Positions 62,933-64,000 of a DNA stretch of 64,000 nucleotides are shown piece by piece; the first letter of the stretch is position 1, and each line of letters opens with the position of its first letter. Where the stretch lies: NCBI RefSeq assembly GCF_009914755.1, contig NC_060941.1; one strand, 5' to 3'. Below the pieces are notes generated by a model. That model had not been told where the DNA came from and ran no database searches. It saw only the letters and a program-made list of their open reading frames with translations. Made by a program: the position numbers and the translations under genes. This stretch comes from the human T2T-CHM13v2.0 reference genome, Homo sapiens.

Positions 62933-63055
62933 ATGTCGGCAGCCAAGGAGAACCCGTGCAGGAAATTCCAGGCCAACATCTTCAACAAGAGCAAGTGTCA
63001 GAACTGCTTCAAGCCCCGCGAGTCGCATCTGCTCAACGACGAGGACCTGACGCAG
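62933..63055 (+). CDS. MPRIP: Myosin phosphatase Rho-interacting protein, first coding exon (41 codons, phase-0 donor); gene continues beyond the window
   Basis: Translation MSAAKENPCRKFQANIFNKSKCQNCFKPRESHLLNDEDLTQ is the recognised MPRIP N-terminus; Kozak gccgaccATG (A at -3); donor CAG|GTGAGC at 63055/63056; lies in a CpG island. Confidence 0.96.
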
Positions 63056-64000
63056 GTGAGCGACTGGGGCCGGCCCGGACACCTCCGTTCTGGGAGCCGC
63101 GGGTCGGCGGCCCGGGCGCCGCCAAGGGCTGCAGGGAAAATAAAAATGGAGCAGGGAAATGCGCGAGTCCTGGGGCATGGGGACGGGGACGGGAAGTGCA
63201 TTGACAGAGCTGGGACAAAGGGAAAATCCTCGAGTATGCCGAAAAATAACATCCTTTCCCGTTCCCATTGCCCGGCTGTGTGATTCATGCTTTTTGGGTG
63301 ACTCAAAAGTGCCTGGTTTCGCTTAGTAGGAACAAAGCGCTTAGGGATTGCATGCCGCTTGACGGGACCCCCCTGAGATTCTGGCTTGGGACTGGACTTG
63401 GATTTGTCCAGCCAGAGTGGCCCAGGGGTCGGATTGTTGGGGAGGACTGTGGGCTTCCGTCTAGTGGGACGCAGCCTGCCCCGATTCTGAATCATCGTCA
63501 CTGTCAAGCACTGGAGAGAGGTGAAGGGGTGTCCAAATCTGGCGAGGAGGGTCTTGTTCTTGAACTTAGTTTGGCAGGCCGTAGTTTAGCGGGGAGCTGG
63601 GACCAGTTCCCTGGTCACTGGCCGAGGGGTGAGGAGACCTGTGGGTCCTCGGGAAAGTTGATTTCTGTCTCCCAGCCTTAACTGTCAAACAGGGCTTTGA
63701 ACTAGTTATGACTCCCAAACGTGCATTAGAGTCATAGCCATTAAACACAGAGTTCTGGGGCCCCCGCCCTGGAGTGACTGGGGAGATGGGGAATTTGTAT
63801 TGATGAAAGGCTCCAAGAGGCTTGGCTGCAGCCCCCATGGCCCTTGGGAACCCCTGCAGTGATTGCTGTTTGAACTCCTAGTGTTCCAGGATTCCGAGCC
63901 TTGTGTGCACCTCCTTGGGATGTGCCTCGGTACCCTCCCCACGGCCATCATCTCCATCCTCTTCAGAGCTTTCTCTCAGCCTCCTGAATGAAGCCAGGGG

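Larger units (their letters stand above)
62100..63240. promoter_or_regulatory. MPRIP: CpG-island promoter of MPRIP (TATA-less)
   Basis: Very high GC and CpG density; reverse CCAAT boxes (ATTGG) at 62389-62393 and 62432-62436; GC boxes at 62373-62380 and 62468-62476; (GCCC)n at 62507-62539. Confidence 0.9.

Noticed and set aside
62933-63283. 116-aa ORF taken as a complete protein
   Set aside because: Only the first 41 codons are MPRIP; the rest is read-through of the CAG|GTGAG donor into intron 1

Overview
Human genomic DNA (dense AluJ/S/Y elements plus a near-consensus AluYa5-type element). The only protein-coding sequence is the first coding exon of MPRIP (ATG 62933, donor after 63055) inside a CpG-island promoter at the right end. 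From established gene order this places the window on 17p11.2 between TNFRSF13B (not in the window) and MPRIP. The first ~62 kb is intergenic and rich in Alu, L1M, L2, MIR, MaLR/ERVL LTR and hAT MER remnants, and almost all ORFs in the supplied track are spurious. I found no new gene system. The most notable structures are: (1) a tailless retrocopy of a 5' tRNA-Cys(GCA) half flanked by a perfect 14-bp target-site duplication; (2) a templated insertion (X-Y'-X') whose new copy keeps a consensus CTCF motif and its CpGs while the donor has lost them, forming a divergent CTCF pair with a site at 11.65 kb; (3) further local direct and inverted duplications; (4) two uORFs, an RNA G4 and a GCC repeat in the probable MPRIP 5' leader, plus a perfect antisense splice donor just upstream of it; (5) a Cys/His module encoded exactly by MPRIP exon 1; (6) a young Alu ~1.5 kb upstream of the promoter. 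Repeat boundaries and subfamily calls are by eye and approximate.
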